A stretch of DNA of 32,000 nt from NCBI RefSeq assembly GCF_001306055.1, contig NZ_LGHJ01000005.1, forward strand, positions 1 through 32,000, written 5' to 3'. The position numbers and the translations under genes are program-made. Below, in pieces: positions 17,384-26,217 of this stretch (positions are counted from its first letter, which is position 1; every line of letters begins with the position of its first letter). The notes under the pieces were generated by a model, which was given only the letters and a program-made list of their open reading frames with translations, was not told the origin of the DNA and searched no databases. Source of the DNA: Bellilinea caldifistulae (lineage in GTDB: Bacteria; Chloroflexota; Anaerolineae; Anaerolineales; Anaerolineaceae).

Positions 17384-18900
17384 TCCGACTGGTCCCCCTC
17401 TCGTGCAACGACAATACTGACCTCATCCTCGTAGAGTACTCTCCAACCCTTTTTGATTAATTTCTCTACTACGGGTTGTTGGGGCTCAATCAAAAACCAG
17501 CCGATTTTCCATTTTTCTACGGCTTCTTCCCACCCCTCACCGGTGTTGAGAATGTTCAGCCAATCCTTCAGAATTTCATCGCCAAATAGGTCGGTTCTCC
17601 CGTCAACAAAGACCGGTGTTTCAGGCATATTCCAGATCAAATAACCTCCCCAACCGTAACTATTCCATAATCTGCCGTCCGGAATTCCCTTCTCTTTCAA
17701 ATACGCTACGGCTTTTTGAGGATAGAACCGAGCCTCATAGGCACTAACCACCACTGGATGAGTCACATAAAACCATTTTCCAATGGCAACCATTCCCAGT
17801 AATCCGATTATCGTCATATTGATGACCCGGCGAAAGTTGAATGGAAAAACAACCTGGTTTCGACTCATCCGATTACCATGTTGATTAAAGAAATTTTTCA
17901 AATTTTTTGTAATATCAACGAAGATCTCAGGCAAATGATTACCAACGGTCAGGGTAGCAAAAATCGCAAACGGTGCAAAATTGCGTTTTGCAACCAGGGC
18001 TAAATAAGTAAATCCCAAAAAGCCGACAATTTCAAAACCACTGACCGTCTTTTTTGAATATGCGAATGAAAAGATAACAATAAAAAGTAAAACAAGAAAT
18101 GGCTGCATTGCCAGTTGATGAAAATCAGGTGACGCCCACTCATCAATCAAGGATTGCAAGGTTTGCACCCCTACGGTCTTAAAAGGAACAATCAGGGTAT
18201 TTAAACCATTCGGATTGATTAAGACACCTGACAAAGCCACCAGTATCCAAATGAAATATTTTTTCAGCCTCCCAAATCGCTTCCCTTCATTCGAGGGTAT
18301 CAAGAGAGAATCCAGGATCTCGCCCGCCAGCAGAAAAAGTAGAAGAAAAATTCCCAAACCATATCCACCGTGAAGATTGGACCAAAGAACAAACAAAGTA
18401 AAAAACCATATCGTACCCTGAAAACCGCCATGCTTCCGATATGTTCGAATCAGCCCCAATAAAATTACGAACATCAATAACGAAAATATTTGCGGGCGTG
18501 GTGACCAGACGAAAGAACAGATGATCGCAGCCAAAATCACAAACCACGCTTTAAATAAGGCTCCGCCCTCCATGATTTTATATAATATTCCCATACTGGC
18601 TACCGCTGTAATCGCTACACATAAACCCAACCCCCAAAAACCGGCATTTTCAAAAAACCAATAAAGAACAACCTCACCCAGCCAAGAATGATTAATCCAG
18701 TTCTCCCCTGCCCGGGTATAAGAAAACACATCCTTTAGCAGTGGACTTCCGTTCTGAATTGTCCATTGACCTGCCCTGAGATGCCACCACATGTCGCTGT
18801 CCAGCGGCACACGCACAGCCATGATAAACACCAGCAACAGGGTAATGCAAAACAGCAAATTATCGAGGTTTTTTTGATCTTTTTCCAAAAGGTTGATCAT
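17380..18900 (-). CDS. polytopic membrane protein, GT-C-like, with a C-terminal soluble domain
   Basis: PLDSDMWWHLRAGQW acidic loop after TM1. About 12 TM helices. C-terminal domain of about 115 aa. ATGA overlap with the upstream gene. Confidence 0.45.
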   Translation of the reverse strand: MINLLEKDQKNLDNLLFCITLLLVFIMAVRVPLDSDMWWHLRAGQWTIQNGSPLLKDVFSYTRAGENWINHSWLGEVVLYWFFENAGFWGLGLCVAITAVASMGILYKIMEGGALFKAWFVILAAIICSFVWSPRPQIFSLLMFVILLGLIRTYRKHGGFQGTIWFFTLFVLWSNLHGGYGLGIFLLLFLLAGEILDSLLIPSNEGKRFGRLKKYFIWILVALSGVLINPNGLNTLIVPFKTVGVQTLQSLIDEWASPDFHQLAMQPFLVLLFIVIFSFAYSKKTVSGFEIVGFLGFTYLALVAKRNFAPFAIFATLTVGNHLPEIFVDITKNLKNFFNQHGNRMSRNQVVFPFNFRRVINMTIIGLLGMVAIGKWFYVTHPVVVSAYEARFYPQKAVAYLKEKGIPDGRLWNSYGWGGYLIWNMPETPVFVDGRTDLFGDEILKDWLNILNTGEGWEEAVEKWKIGWFLIEPQQPVVEKLIKKGWRVLYEDEVSIVVAREGDQSD

Positions 18901-20582
18901 TGCGCGCTATCAGTTTGAATAAATAATTTTTCGAAATCAACTATCCGTATAGGATTTGACAGGTTGTAATAAATGACAAAGTCACCAATCTGTTTCTCGT
19001 TCCATAAAATTTTTCTCTCTTGGAGCAAACTACGCAGTTTTTGATCCAGGGCAGGATTTCGAGTGGTTATCAAAGCCACCTTGTCCGATTCCTCAACCAT
19101 TTGTGTATAGAGCGGGTAACGATCATCGCGCCGCGTATATCTTAAATCTGGATGATACGGGAATCGGGGACTGAAAATGATCTCTTCGTGTGTAAGAAAC
19201 GCCAGCGGATAAGCAACCCAGTAGTTCGTATAACCCCTCAATTCGCCATTTTCCCGCAGATATTGAATTACTTCCGGCATATCTCCCATATCCACCCGTG
19301 CAGGGGCGTAAAATTGGGTTGTCAAACCCGGTGGATTGGATGCTGTACATTGCAAATTTCCCCACAGGTTGAAAAGTGCAATCAACCCGGCCAGACTTAA
19401 ATATGCAGGCTTCTTTTTACCCCATTCATCCAGAACTTTTCCCCCCATCAGACTTAATACCAGCCAAACGGGTAAAAAATATCTTCCACTTGGGTCAACA
19501 CCAAACGAAGTAAACACAAAACCGAGAATGAAAGTAAAGATAACCCCTTCAATCACTTTGACTTGAAACGAACGAGGCGATCTGATCCAATCCCAAAAAA
19601 TTTTCCCCCATAAAAGTAATGTGAATGGGATCAATGGCAATCCCAGCCAGAAAACATCCCACGGAGGACGCAACCCGATTGCAGCAGGCAAACCCAACAC
19701 TACAAAGTAGACCATATGATTAATCGTTCTTAACCAAAAAGGCTCACGCTCCACTGCCACAGCCGCACCGAATAATTCGTGAATCAGTGAGCCTAAGCCA
19801 TTTTGAAATGCAAAAAACCACCAGGGAAATGAGCCCACCAGTAATCCCACCAAAACCAGGGTTATCCTCCAGGTAATGATTCTTAAGTTTTTAATCCGGA
19901 AGGTACGAAGTAAAATTCCGATACCTGCCGGAACACTGTAAACCATAGTCAACCCATTCACCCATAATCCAAACCCACACAAAAAACCCCATAACAACCA
20001 CAAAATAACGGAGTGGCTCCCTAGTCTAAATGTACGCATTCCTGATGCACGATTAACTTCTGTATCGGCTTCACCACCGCTTTTACTAACTCGAAAACTG
20101 ATTTCTGAACTTGCTTCTGAATATTTCAACAAGTAAAATGTTGTTATCAAAATTAAATTCCCGATCAGCAAGGCTTCGCCATATCCCCCTAAACTGACCG
20201 TAGTATATAGCGTCGTATTGACCGGCGGTATTGCCAGTAATAAGGTAGCGATCAAACCGGCACGGAACGATCCAAAAAATTGATAACCGACCCAAAAACC
20301 TGTCAATATCGTTAAAAGATATAAAATTACCTGAACAAGCCTGATTCCAAAAACCGATTGACCAAAAGCCTTAAAAAAAAATGCTACAAGGAAGGCATCT
20401 AAACTGCCCATGTAGGCCTGTCCGTAGAAAAAGATGGGCTTTTCCCCCGCCAATATGTGGCGAGCCATTAACCCCACCACTGCTTCATCTGCATTGAAGG
20501 GAAAAACATTTAAAACAAGCAGGGAAACTTTCAGAGATAGCCCCAGTAAAATCACGAAGGCCAAAAGCAGGTATCGCTTCAT
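18897..20582 (-). CDS. GT-C fold glycosyltransferase, ArnT/PMT (GT83/GT39)-like
   Basis: FPFNADEAVVGLMARHI after TM1 (typical DE loop), a multi-TM core and a C-terminal soluble domain of about 150 aa. Confidence 0.65.
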   Translation of the reverse strand: MKRYLLLAFVILLGLSLKVSLLVLNVFPFNADEAVVGLMARHILAGEKPIFFYGQAYMGSLDAFLVAFFFKAFGQSVFGIRLVQVILYLLTILTGFWVGYQFFGSFRAGLIATLLLAIPPVNTTLYTTVSLGGYGEALLIGNLILITTFYLLKYSEASSEISFRVSKSGGEADTEVNRASGMRTFRLGSHSVILWLLWGFLCGFGLWVNGLTMVYSVPAGIGILLRTFRIKNLRIITWRITLVLVGLLVGSFPWWFFAFQNGLGSLIHELFGAAVAVEREPFWLRTINHMVYFVVLGLPAAIGLRPPWDVFWLGLPLIPFTLLLWGKIFWDWIRSPRSFQVKVIEGVIFTFILGFVFTSFGVDPSGRYFLPVWLVLSLMGGKVLDEWGKKKPAYLSLAGLIALFNLWGNLQCTASNPPGLTTQFYAPARVDMGDMPEVIQYLRENGELRGYTNYWVAYPLAFLTHEEIIFSPRFPYHPDLRYTRRDDRYPLYTQMVEESDKVALITTRNPALDQKLRSLLQERKILWNEKQIGDFVIYYNLSNPIRIVDFEKLFIQTDSAQ

Positions 20583-20614
20583 AGTTGAATGGTAGTAAAA
20601 CCTTTTTGCTTGAA

Positions 20615-20636
20615 AATACAGTAATATTATTGTATT
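20615..20636. promoter_or_regulatory. 22-nt near-perfect palindrome in a divergent promoter region (candidate operator)
   Basis: AATACAGTAATATTATTGTATT is self-complementary at 20 of 22 positions (one mismatched pair). It is centred in the 100-nt gap between divergent GT-C genes. Confidence 0.4.
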
Positions 20637-20682
20637 CAGGATTGGAATTCACTACCAAACAATTTTATCGGGGCATTACCCA

Positions 20683-21969
20683 ATGATTCAAAACCTGAAG
20701 AAAAAAGCCTTTCTTTTTGTTGTTATTTTTCTTTTCAGCCTTTTATATTTTATTGGAATTCGTGAAGTTCCCTTTCACCCAGATGAAAGCACCCAAATTT
20801 TCATGAGCCGGGATGTTGATTTTTTCTTCTCCCAACCTTCCTACCTTTCCTATAATCCAAACAATTCTGAAGATTTGCGTCAGCGATACCGATTGCTTGA
20901 TCCACCTGTCAGCCGCTGGTTTATCGGCATGTTCGGCTTGATTTTTAAGGTCCCCCCGTTACCGGCCGATTGGGATTGGGGAAAATCGTGGGAAGAAAAC
21001 GTACAATCGGGTGCTTTGCCTCCCCCATCCACCCTTTTGATTTCTCGATTAGCAGTCAGTTTCGTCTTTCCGTTGCTTCTTTACTTTGCTTATAAAACGG
21101 GCGAAGTGCTGGCCGATAAGAAAACTGCCTGGCTTAACCTTGTTTTTACAGCCTTGAATGCCTTAATCCTGCTCCATACTCGCCGGGCAATGGCAGAAAG
21201 TCTTTTAGCCTTTTTTTCTTGCCTTTCTCTTTATCTTCTGGTTTCAGGGAAAAAGCCCGTTTGGCTGCTGGCAGTTCCAATCGCATTGGCATTTAATGCC
21301 AAATACTCAACCGCTCCACTGGTTTTGGCTGGATGGATTAATTGCCTGATGAGTTCTTCAAATTCGCCTTTCCACCATCGTTTGAAACCGGTGCTGCTTT
21401 ATTCAATTATTTTTATCCTGACTACATTTTTACTCAATCCGGTTTTATGGTCATCCCCACTGGATGCTTTGAAAGCTGCCGCCAAAGAAAGACAAAATTT
21501 ATTAGCCGCTCAAACGACTGCAATTGGAGGTTTCAATCCCTCTCAAACACCCCAAACCGTTCCAGAACGTTTATTGGCACTAATCGCCCAGATTTATATC
21601 GCCCCACCAGCGGTTGCTGATGTTGGAAACTATCTTTCTGCTACAGAACTCCCCGCCCAAATTTACTTCTCCCGCCCATGGAATAATCTAACCAATGGAT
21701 TTTTCAAGGGAGGCTTCTTTCTTTCCCTGACCATCATTGGCCTGTTCTGGATGATCCGCCGGCATTGGAGTTCAATATGGAAATTTTCAAATCCGGCCAC
21801 TCTTTTTCTGCTGACTTTTATCGTTCAATTCGCTGGAATTATCGGTGGAATTCCACTCGCTTTTCAGAGGTACTATCTACCCCTTATGCCTTACATCACC
21901 TTCTTCATTGGATACGCCATAAGCCAGGGGATTGATCTTGGTAAAAACACAATCAAACGTTCGATTTAA
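20683..21969 (+). CDS. GT-C fold glycosyltransferase, PMT_2-like, no C-terminal soluble domain
   Basis: VPFHPDESTQIFMSRD acidic loop after TM1. About 11 TM helices. Confidence 0.55.
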   Translation: MIQNLKKKAFLFVVIFLFSLLYFIGIREVPFHPDESTQIFMSRDVDFFFSQPSYLSYNPNNSEDLRQRYRLLDPPVSRWFIGMFGLIFKVPPLPADWDWGKSWEENVQSGALPPPSTLLISRLAVSFVFPLLLYFAYKTGEVLADKKTAWLNLVFTALNALILLHTRRAMAESLLAFFSCLSLYLLVSGKKPVWLLAVPIALAFNAKYSTAPLVLAGWINCLMSSSNSPFHHRLKPVLLYSIIFILTTFLLNPVLWSSPLDALKAAAKERQNLLAAQTTAIGGFNPSQTPQTVPERLLALIAQIYIAPPAVADVGNYLSATELPAQIYFSRPWNNLTNGFFKGGFFLSLTIIGLFWMIRRHWSSIWKFSNPATLFLLTFIVQFAGIIGGIPLAFQRYYLPLMPYITFFIGYAISQGIDLGKNTIKRSI

Positions 21970-21970
21970 G

Positions 21971-22015
21971 AAGGATTGGCATGGCGCCGGGATGTCAGAA
22001 GTCATGCCAATCCTT
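21971..22015. terminator. 13-bp perfect inverted repeat between convergent genes (possible bidirectional terminator; no U-tract)
   Basis: AAGGATTGGCATG (21971-21983) pairs with CATGCCAATCCTT (22003-22015), leaving a 19-nt loop. TTTAAG is present on both flanks. Confidence 0.4.
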
Positions 22016-22036
22016 TAAGTCCCGCAAGCAACAAAA

Positions 22037-23164
22037 TCAAATATGCTTGTAATATACTCGATGATTCTTATAGGGTATTCCCCCGACATTGATCAGATCT
22101 TTTCGCATTTGAACAGCCGTTTCTGCCACCTGGGTCAATTCAAAATGTTCAAATCCATATTCCTTGATGGTTTTATCCATTTCTGAATATAACAAGGCAT
22201 TTCCACCTCGTCCCTGATATTCCGGTAGAATTCCCGCTCCATTTAAAGACACCCATTTCGTTCTCTTCATTTCCGCCAGTAAATCAATAATTGCCCAGGG
22301 CGTCAACCGGCCTTTTGCCCGTTGTAGTGCCGCCGAAACATCTGGAAAACCGAACAGGAATCCCACAATCTTATCCCCATAGAGAATGACTTTAATCAAA
22401 CGCGGATCGGCAATCGTCAACAGGTTCTGCACCACAAAATCAATCTCCCGCTGCGTCAAGGGGTAATATTCCCAATTGTTCACAAAAGTCTTGTTATAGG
22501 CTTCTCCAATTTGAGGTGCGTAAGCCTTTAATTCCCGCTTGGTATTAAAGGTTACTACCCGAAAAGTGCCCTTTTCCTTGACCCGCTGGGCAACCAGATG
22601 AACTTTTTCTGGCATCTGAAATTTATCCCGATGAAGATAACACGAGACGAAGTCCACTTCTTTTTGAAATCCCAAATTTTCTACCAGCTTCACGTAATAG
22701 GGAGGGTTGTAATTCATCATCACCATCATTTGGCGGTGTTCAAATCCTTCAATTTGAATACCGTAACCATCAAACGGACTTAAGCCTTTGGGACCAACCA
22801 CTTCATTCAATCCACGAGCATGCGCCCATTCAAACACCCGATTGAACAAAGCGTTAGCCACATCTTGATCGTCAACACATTCGAACAAATAAAACTGAGC
22901 CTGACGGGTGTCATGGTATTCGTTGAAAGGCTTATTCTCCAACGCTCCAATACGGCCAACCATTTCCCCATTCATGCGAGCCACAAAAAACTCCCCTTCG
23001 GAATGTTCATAAAAGGGATGTTTTTTCGGATTCAACATCAACTTGATATCACTCAGAATGGGCGGTACCCATTGAGGAATATTTCGATAAATTTTGAAGG
23101 GAAATTCAACAAATTCATTGACCGCTTTTTTATTGGATAAGTCAACCTTTTCAATTGTGATCAT
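22037..23164 (-). CDS. GNAT-superfamily N-acyltransferase, two-lobed, about 375 aa, substrate unknown
   Basis: Acyl-CoA binding-type motif EYQGRGGNALLY in the C-terminal half. GNAT-like FVARMNGEMVGRIGAL in the N-terminal half. Confidence 0.6.
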   Translation of the reverse strand: MITIEKVDLSNKKAVNEFVEFPFKIYRNIPQWVPPILSDIKLMLNPKKHPFYEHSEGEFFVARMNGEMVGRIGALENKPFNEYHDTRQAQFYLFECVDDQDVANALFNRVFEWAHARGLNEVVGPKGLSPFDGYGIQIEGFEHRQMMVMMNYNPPYYVKLVENLGFQKEVDFVSCYLHRDKFQMPEKVHLVAQRVKEKGTFRVVTFNTKRELKAYAPQIGEAYNKTFVNNWEYYPLTQREIDFVVQNLLTIADPRLIKVILYGDKIVGFLFGFPDVSAALQRAKGRLTPWAIIDLLAEMKRTKWVSLNGAGILPEYQGRGGNALLYSEMDKTIKEYGFEHFELTQVAETAVQMRKDLINVGGIPYKNHRVYYKHI

Positions 23165-23323
23165 CTCTCACCTCACAAGGGATTAATGATGAAAATTACA
23201 AACTGATGATTGAGTATACTCCCTTTTGCATGACCCAAGCAAAAATTCTGGTTATATTTTGGAAAAAAATATCTGCAAACTTTTGGATAAATAAGGTAAT
23301 ATAAAGTATATATAGGTGTGACC

Positions 23324-25378
23324 ATGCCCAATCGTTTAATCAAAGAAACCTCTCCATATCTTCTACAGCATGCCCACAACCCCGTGGACTGGTATCCATG
23401 GGGCGATGAAGCCTTGCAAAAAGCAAAACTGGAAAATAAGCCCATTTTTCTCTCCATCGGTTATGCTGCGTGTCATTGGTGCCATGTAATGGAAGAAGAA
23501 TCTTTCAAAGACCCTCGCACCGCCAGTTACCTCAATCAATACTTTGTGCCCATCAAAGTGGATCGAGAAGAACGCCCCGATTTGGACAATCTATATATGA
23601 GCGCGGTCATTTCAATGACGGGTCAAGGTGGCTGGCCGATGAGCGTTTTTTTGACGCCTGACCTTAAACCTTTCTATGGGGGAACCTACTTTCCGCCGGT
23701 TCCACGCTATGGAATGCCCTCTTTTTTGGAAGTTTTAGAAGGCATTCAGCAGGTTTGGCAAACCAATCGGCAAAACATCGAATCGGTTGCCGAAAAAGTT
23801 TCAGAATACCTTCAGGAAACCAATCAGTGGCGTACTGTTACCGCATCTCAAATCAACCCGGAGCTGTTGGATCAAGCCGCAACAAACTTGATTCGGCATT
23901 ACGACCGTCAAAATGGGGGCTGGGGCCGTGCGCCTAAATTTCCACAGCCCATGGTGATTGAGTTTCTTCTACACCGTCATTTCAGGGGCCAACCCGAATC
24001 GCTGGAGATTGCACGACACGCGCTCGATGTGATGCAAGGGGGTGGTCTATGGGATGTTGTTGGGGGTGGTTTTCACCGTTACAGCACCGATAGTCGCTGG
24101 CTGGTGCCCCACTTTGAAAAAATGCTTTATGATAACGCCCTGCTTGCCCAGACCTATCTTCATGCCTACCTGCTGACCGGTGACATTGAATATCGTTACA
24201 CCTGCGAACGGACTTTGGATTTCATTTTACGAGAAATGACCCATTCCTCAGGTGGTTTTTATTCAAGCCTGGATGCCGACTCGGAAGGCGAAGAAGGCAG
24301 GTATTATCTTTGGAGCAAAACCGAAATTCTCACAGCCCTTCAAAATCTTCCGGAAAGAGAGATTTTTCTGGCGACTTACCCACTACCAGATGAGGGAAAT
24401 TTTGAAGGCAAAATTATCTTACAGAGTCGCGCTCCTTTCAATATTCTTGCTGCCGACCAGGGCTTACCGGTGCAAGAATATCTGAAACAGCTGGATATTC
24501 CTATCCAGGCACTTCACAGAGCACGCAGTGAACGGATTCGTCCTCACACGGATGACAAAATCATTGTTTCTTGGAACGCTCTGGCATTGCGTGCCTTTGC
24601 CGAGGCCGGTCATTATTTACAACGGCAAGATTATTTACTGGCAGCCCAAAGAAATGCCGCGTTTATTCTTGAAAATTTGATAAGCGAAAACACTCTTTAT
24701 CGCACATGGCGGCAAGGTATTTCTCGAACCCCGGCGTTTTTGGAAGATTATGCGGGTTTGGCGGTTGCCTTGCTTACCTTATATCAATTCGATGACAATT
24801 CCCGGTGGTATTTTGAAGCGCAGAGACTTGTGGAGTGGGTGATTGGTCGGTTCAAAGACCCTGAGGGCGGATTTTTCGATGCTGCCCAACAATCCTCAAA
24901 TATACCCCTCCTCCCTAAATATCCACAGGACAACCCCATTCCATCGGGAAACGCCTTGGCTGCTCACGCCTTGATGCTTCTCTGGGCATTGGATGAACGC
25001 AGTTCCTATCAGGAAATCGCTCTTGAATTACTGGCAACTCTACAACAAACCGCCGCAGAATATCCAACCGCCTTTGCATATTGGCTGCAGATTCAGGATT
25101 TTGCCGCTGGCCCAATTCAACAAGTCGCGCTGGTATCTCCCTCCTCATCTTTCCAGCCCCATTTGCAATGGTTTAGTCCGGCGGTGACACCCTACCATCC
25201 GCGTCGTATTCGGGTATATGCTTCTCTGCCGCTTTCCGAACACGCCCCAAAAATTTTTGAGGAAAAATCCACAATACAAAATCAACCTACGGCTTATATC
25301 TGTCAAAACTTTTCCTGTAAACAGCCGTTGGTGGACTTTGAGCAATACGTTCGAACCATTTCGGAAGGGTTAGCATAA
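23324..25378 (+). CDS. thioredoxin-domain protein, YyaL/DUF255 family, with a C-terminal (alpha/alpha)6-barrel-like region
   Basis: [56 protein letters not shown] lies 5 nt before ATG 23324; the alternative start is GTG 23318. Confidence 0.85.
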   Translation: MPNRLIKETSPYLLQHAHNPVDWYPWGDEALQKAKLENKPIFLSIGYAACHWCHVMEEESFKDPRTASYLNQYFVPIKVDREERPDLDNLYMSAVISMTGQGGWPMSVFLTPDLKPFYGGTYFPPVPRYGMPSFLEVLEGIQQVWQTNRQNIESVAEKVSEYLQETNQWRTVTASQINPELLDQAATNLIRHYDRQNGGWGRAPKFPQPMVIEFLLHRHFRGQPESLEIARHALDVMQGGGLWDVVGGGFHRYSTDSRWLVPHFEKMLYDNALLAQTYLHAYLLTGDIEYRYTCERTLDFILREMTHSSGGFYSSLDADSEGEEGRYYLWSKTEILTALQNLPEREIFLATYPLPDEGNFEGKIILQSRAPFNILAADQGLPVQEYLKQLDIPIQALHRARSERIRPHTDDKIIVSWNALALRAFAEAGHYLQRQDYLLAAQRNAAFILENLISENTLYRTWRQGISRTPAFLEDYAGLAVALLTLYQFDDNSRWYFEAQRLVEWVIGRFKDPEGGFFDAAQQSSNIPLLPKYPQDNPIPSGNALAAHALMLLWALDERSSYQEIALELLATLQQTAAEYPTAFAYWLQIQDFAAGPIQQVALVSPSSSFQPHLQWFSPAVTPYHPRRIRVYASLPLSEHAPKIFEEKSTIQNQPTAYICQNFSCKQPLVDFEQYVRTISEGLA

Positions 25379-26127
25379 AAGCTGAGCATGACTTGATTAA
25401 ATAACCCGGGCTGATCAATAGGTAAGGCATGACCACCGCCCTCGATGATCACATGACCGCCGTTAGGTAACAATTCAACTAACCTTTTTTGCAAGTACAA
25501 TGGTATGGTTGTATCCTTTGCTCCGCTAACAACCAGCACCGGGTTTGTGATCCTTTTGGCCAATTCCCGCCCATCAAACCGGGTTAATGCCAGCATGGCC
25601 TGGCGATACACCTTTGGATCAGCCTGTTTAATGCTTTGAGTAAGCATTTCCCGAAAAAGTCTTTTGTCATCGCTTGGGAAAATTCTACTGGCAACCAATT
25701 CAGCCTGAGCTTGTGGAGAAAGGAAAAACGCCCGCACCCCTCTGCGAACAAAATACCGAAACTCACTCCATCTGCGGGGACGTAACACAGCAAAAGTGTT
25801 GACCAGCACCGACATCAGCACAAGATCAGGATATTCTGCTGCAAGTTTCAACCCGATAACTCCCCCCATTGAAATCCCCATTAATCCCATTTTTTTGATC
25901 CCCGCGGAACGCAGAATTTGGACCAACTCTTGGGTAACCCGATCAAAATTCCACTGATCACCCTCAAAAATGGATTTTCCAAAGCCCGGTAAATCCGGTG
26001 CAATTACCCGATAACCAGCATCCAAAAGCGCAGGTATTTGAAAATACCATGACTCGGCATTTGCCCCCAAACCATGAAGCAGGAGAATTGGAAAACCATC
26101 CTGTCGGCCTTCACTTATAATATTCAT
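25303..26127 (-). CDS. alpha/beta-fold hydrolase
   Basis: LLLHGLG oxyanion region, nucleophile elbow GISMGG, C-terminal GGGHAL. The last 25 codons overlap the convergent upstream gene. Confidence 0.8.
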   Translation of the reverse strand: MNIISEGRQDGFPILLLHGLGANAESWYFQIPALLDAGYRVIAPDLPGFGKSIFEGDQWNFDRVTQELVQILRSAGIKKMGLMGISMGGVIGLKLAAEYPDLVLMSVLVNTFAVLRPRRWSEFRYFVRRGVRAFFLSPQAQAELVASRIFPSDDKRLFREMLTQSIKQADPKVYRQAMLALTRFDGRELAKRITNPVLVVSGAKDTTIPLYLQKRLVELLPNGGHVIIEGGGHALPIDQPGLFNQVMLSFYANPSEMVRTYCSKSTNGCLQEKF

Positions 26128-26186
26128 AGAAGTTCTCCCTTTGAGGAAAATTTCACAATTTTGTTCATGAATTTTTCTTATAAGTT

Positions 26187-26192
26187 TATAAT
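26187..26192 (+). promoter_or_regulatory. candidate -10 box (TATAAT) for murA
   Basis: Perfect TATAAT 25 nt upstream of the murA ATG. Only a weak -35 (TTCATG or TTGTTC at non-ideal spacing). Confidence 0.3.
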
Positions 26193-26217
26193 ACTATCAA
26201 CACCTCAGGAGGAACAA

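Noticed and set aside
23173-23457. 94-aa minus-strand ORF in the GNAT/YyaL divergent region
   Set aside because: It overlaps the YyaL start and an AT-rich promoter region. Its composition is Cys/Tyr/Phe-rich and it has no ribosome-binding site, so it is most likely non-coding.
26074-26217. 48-codon N-terminal extension of murA
   Set aside because: It overlaps the divergent hydrolase gene start and its promoter region. AGGAGG plus ATG at 26218 yields the canonical MurA N-terminus.
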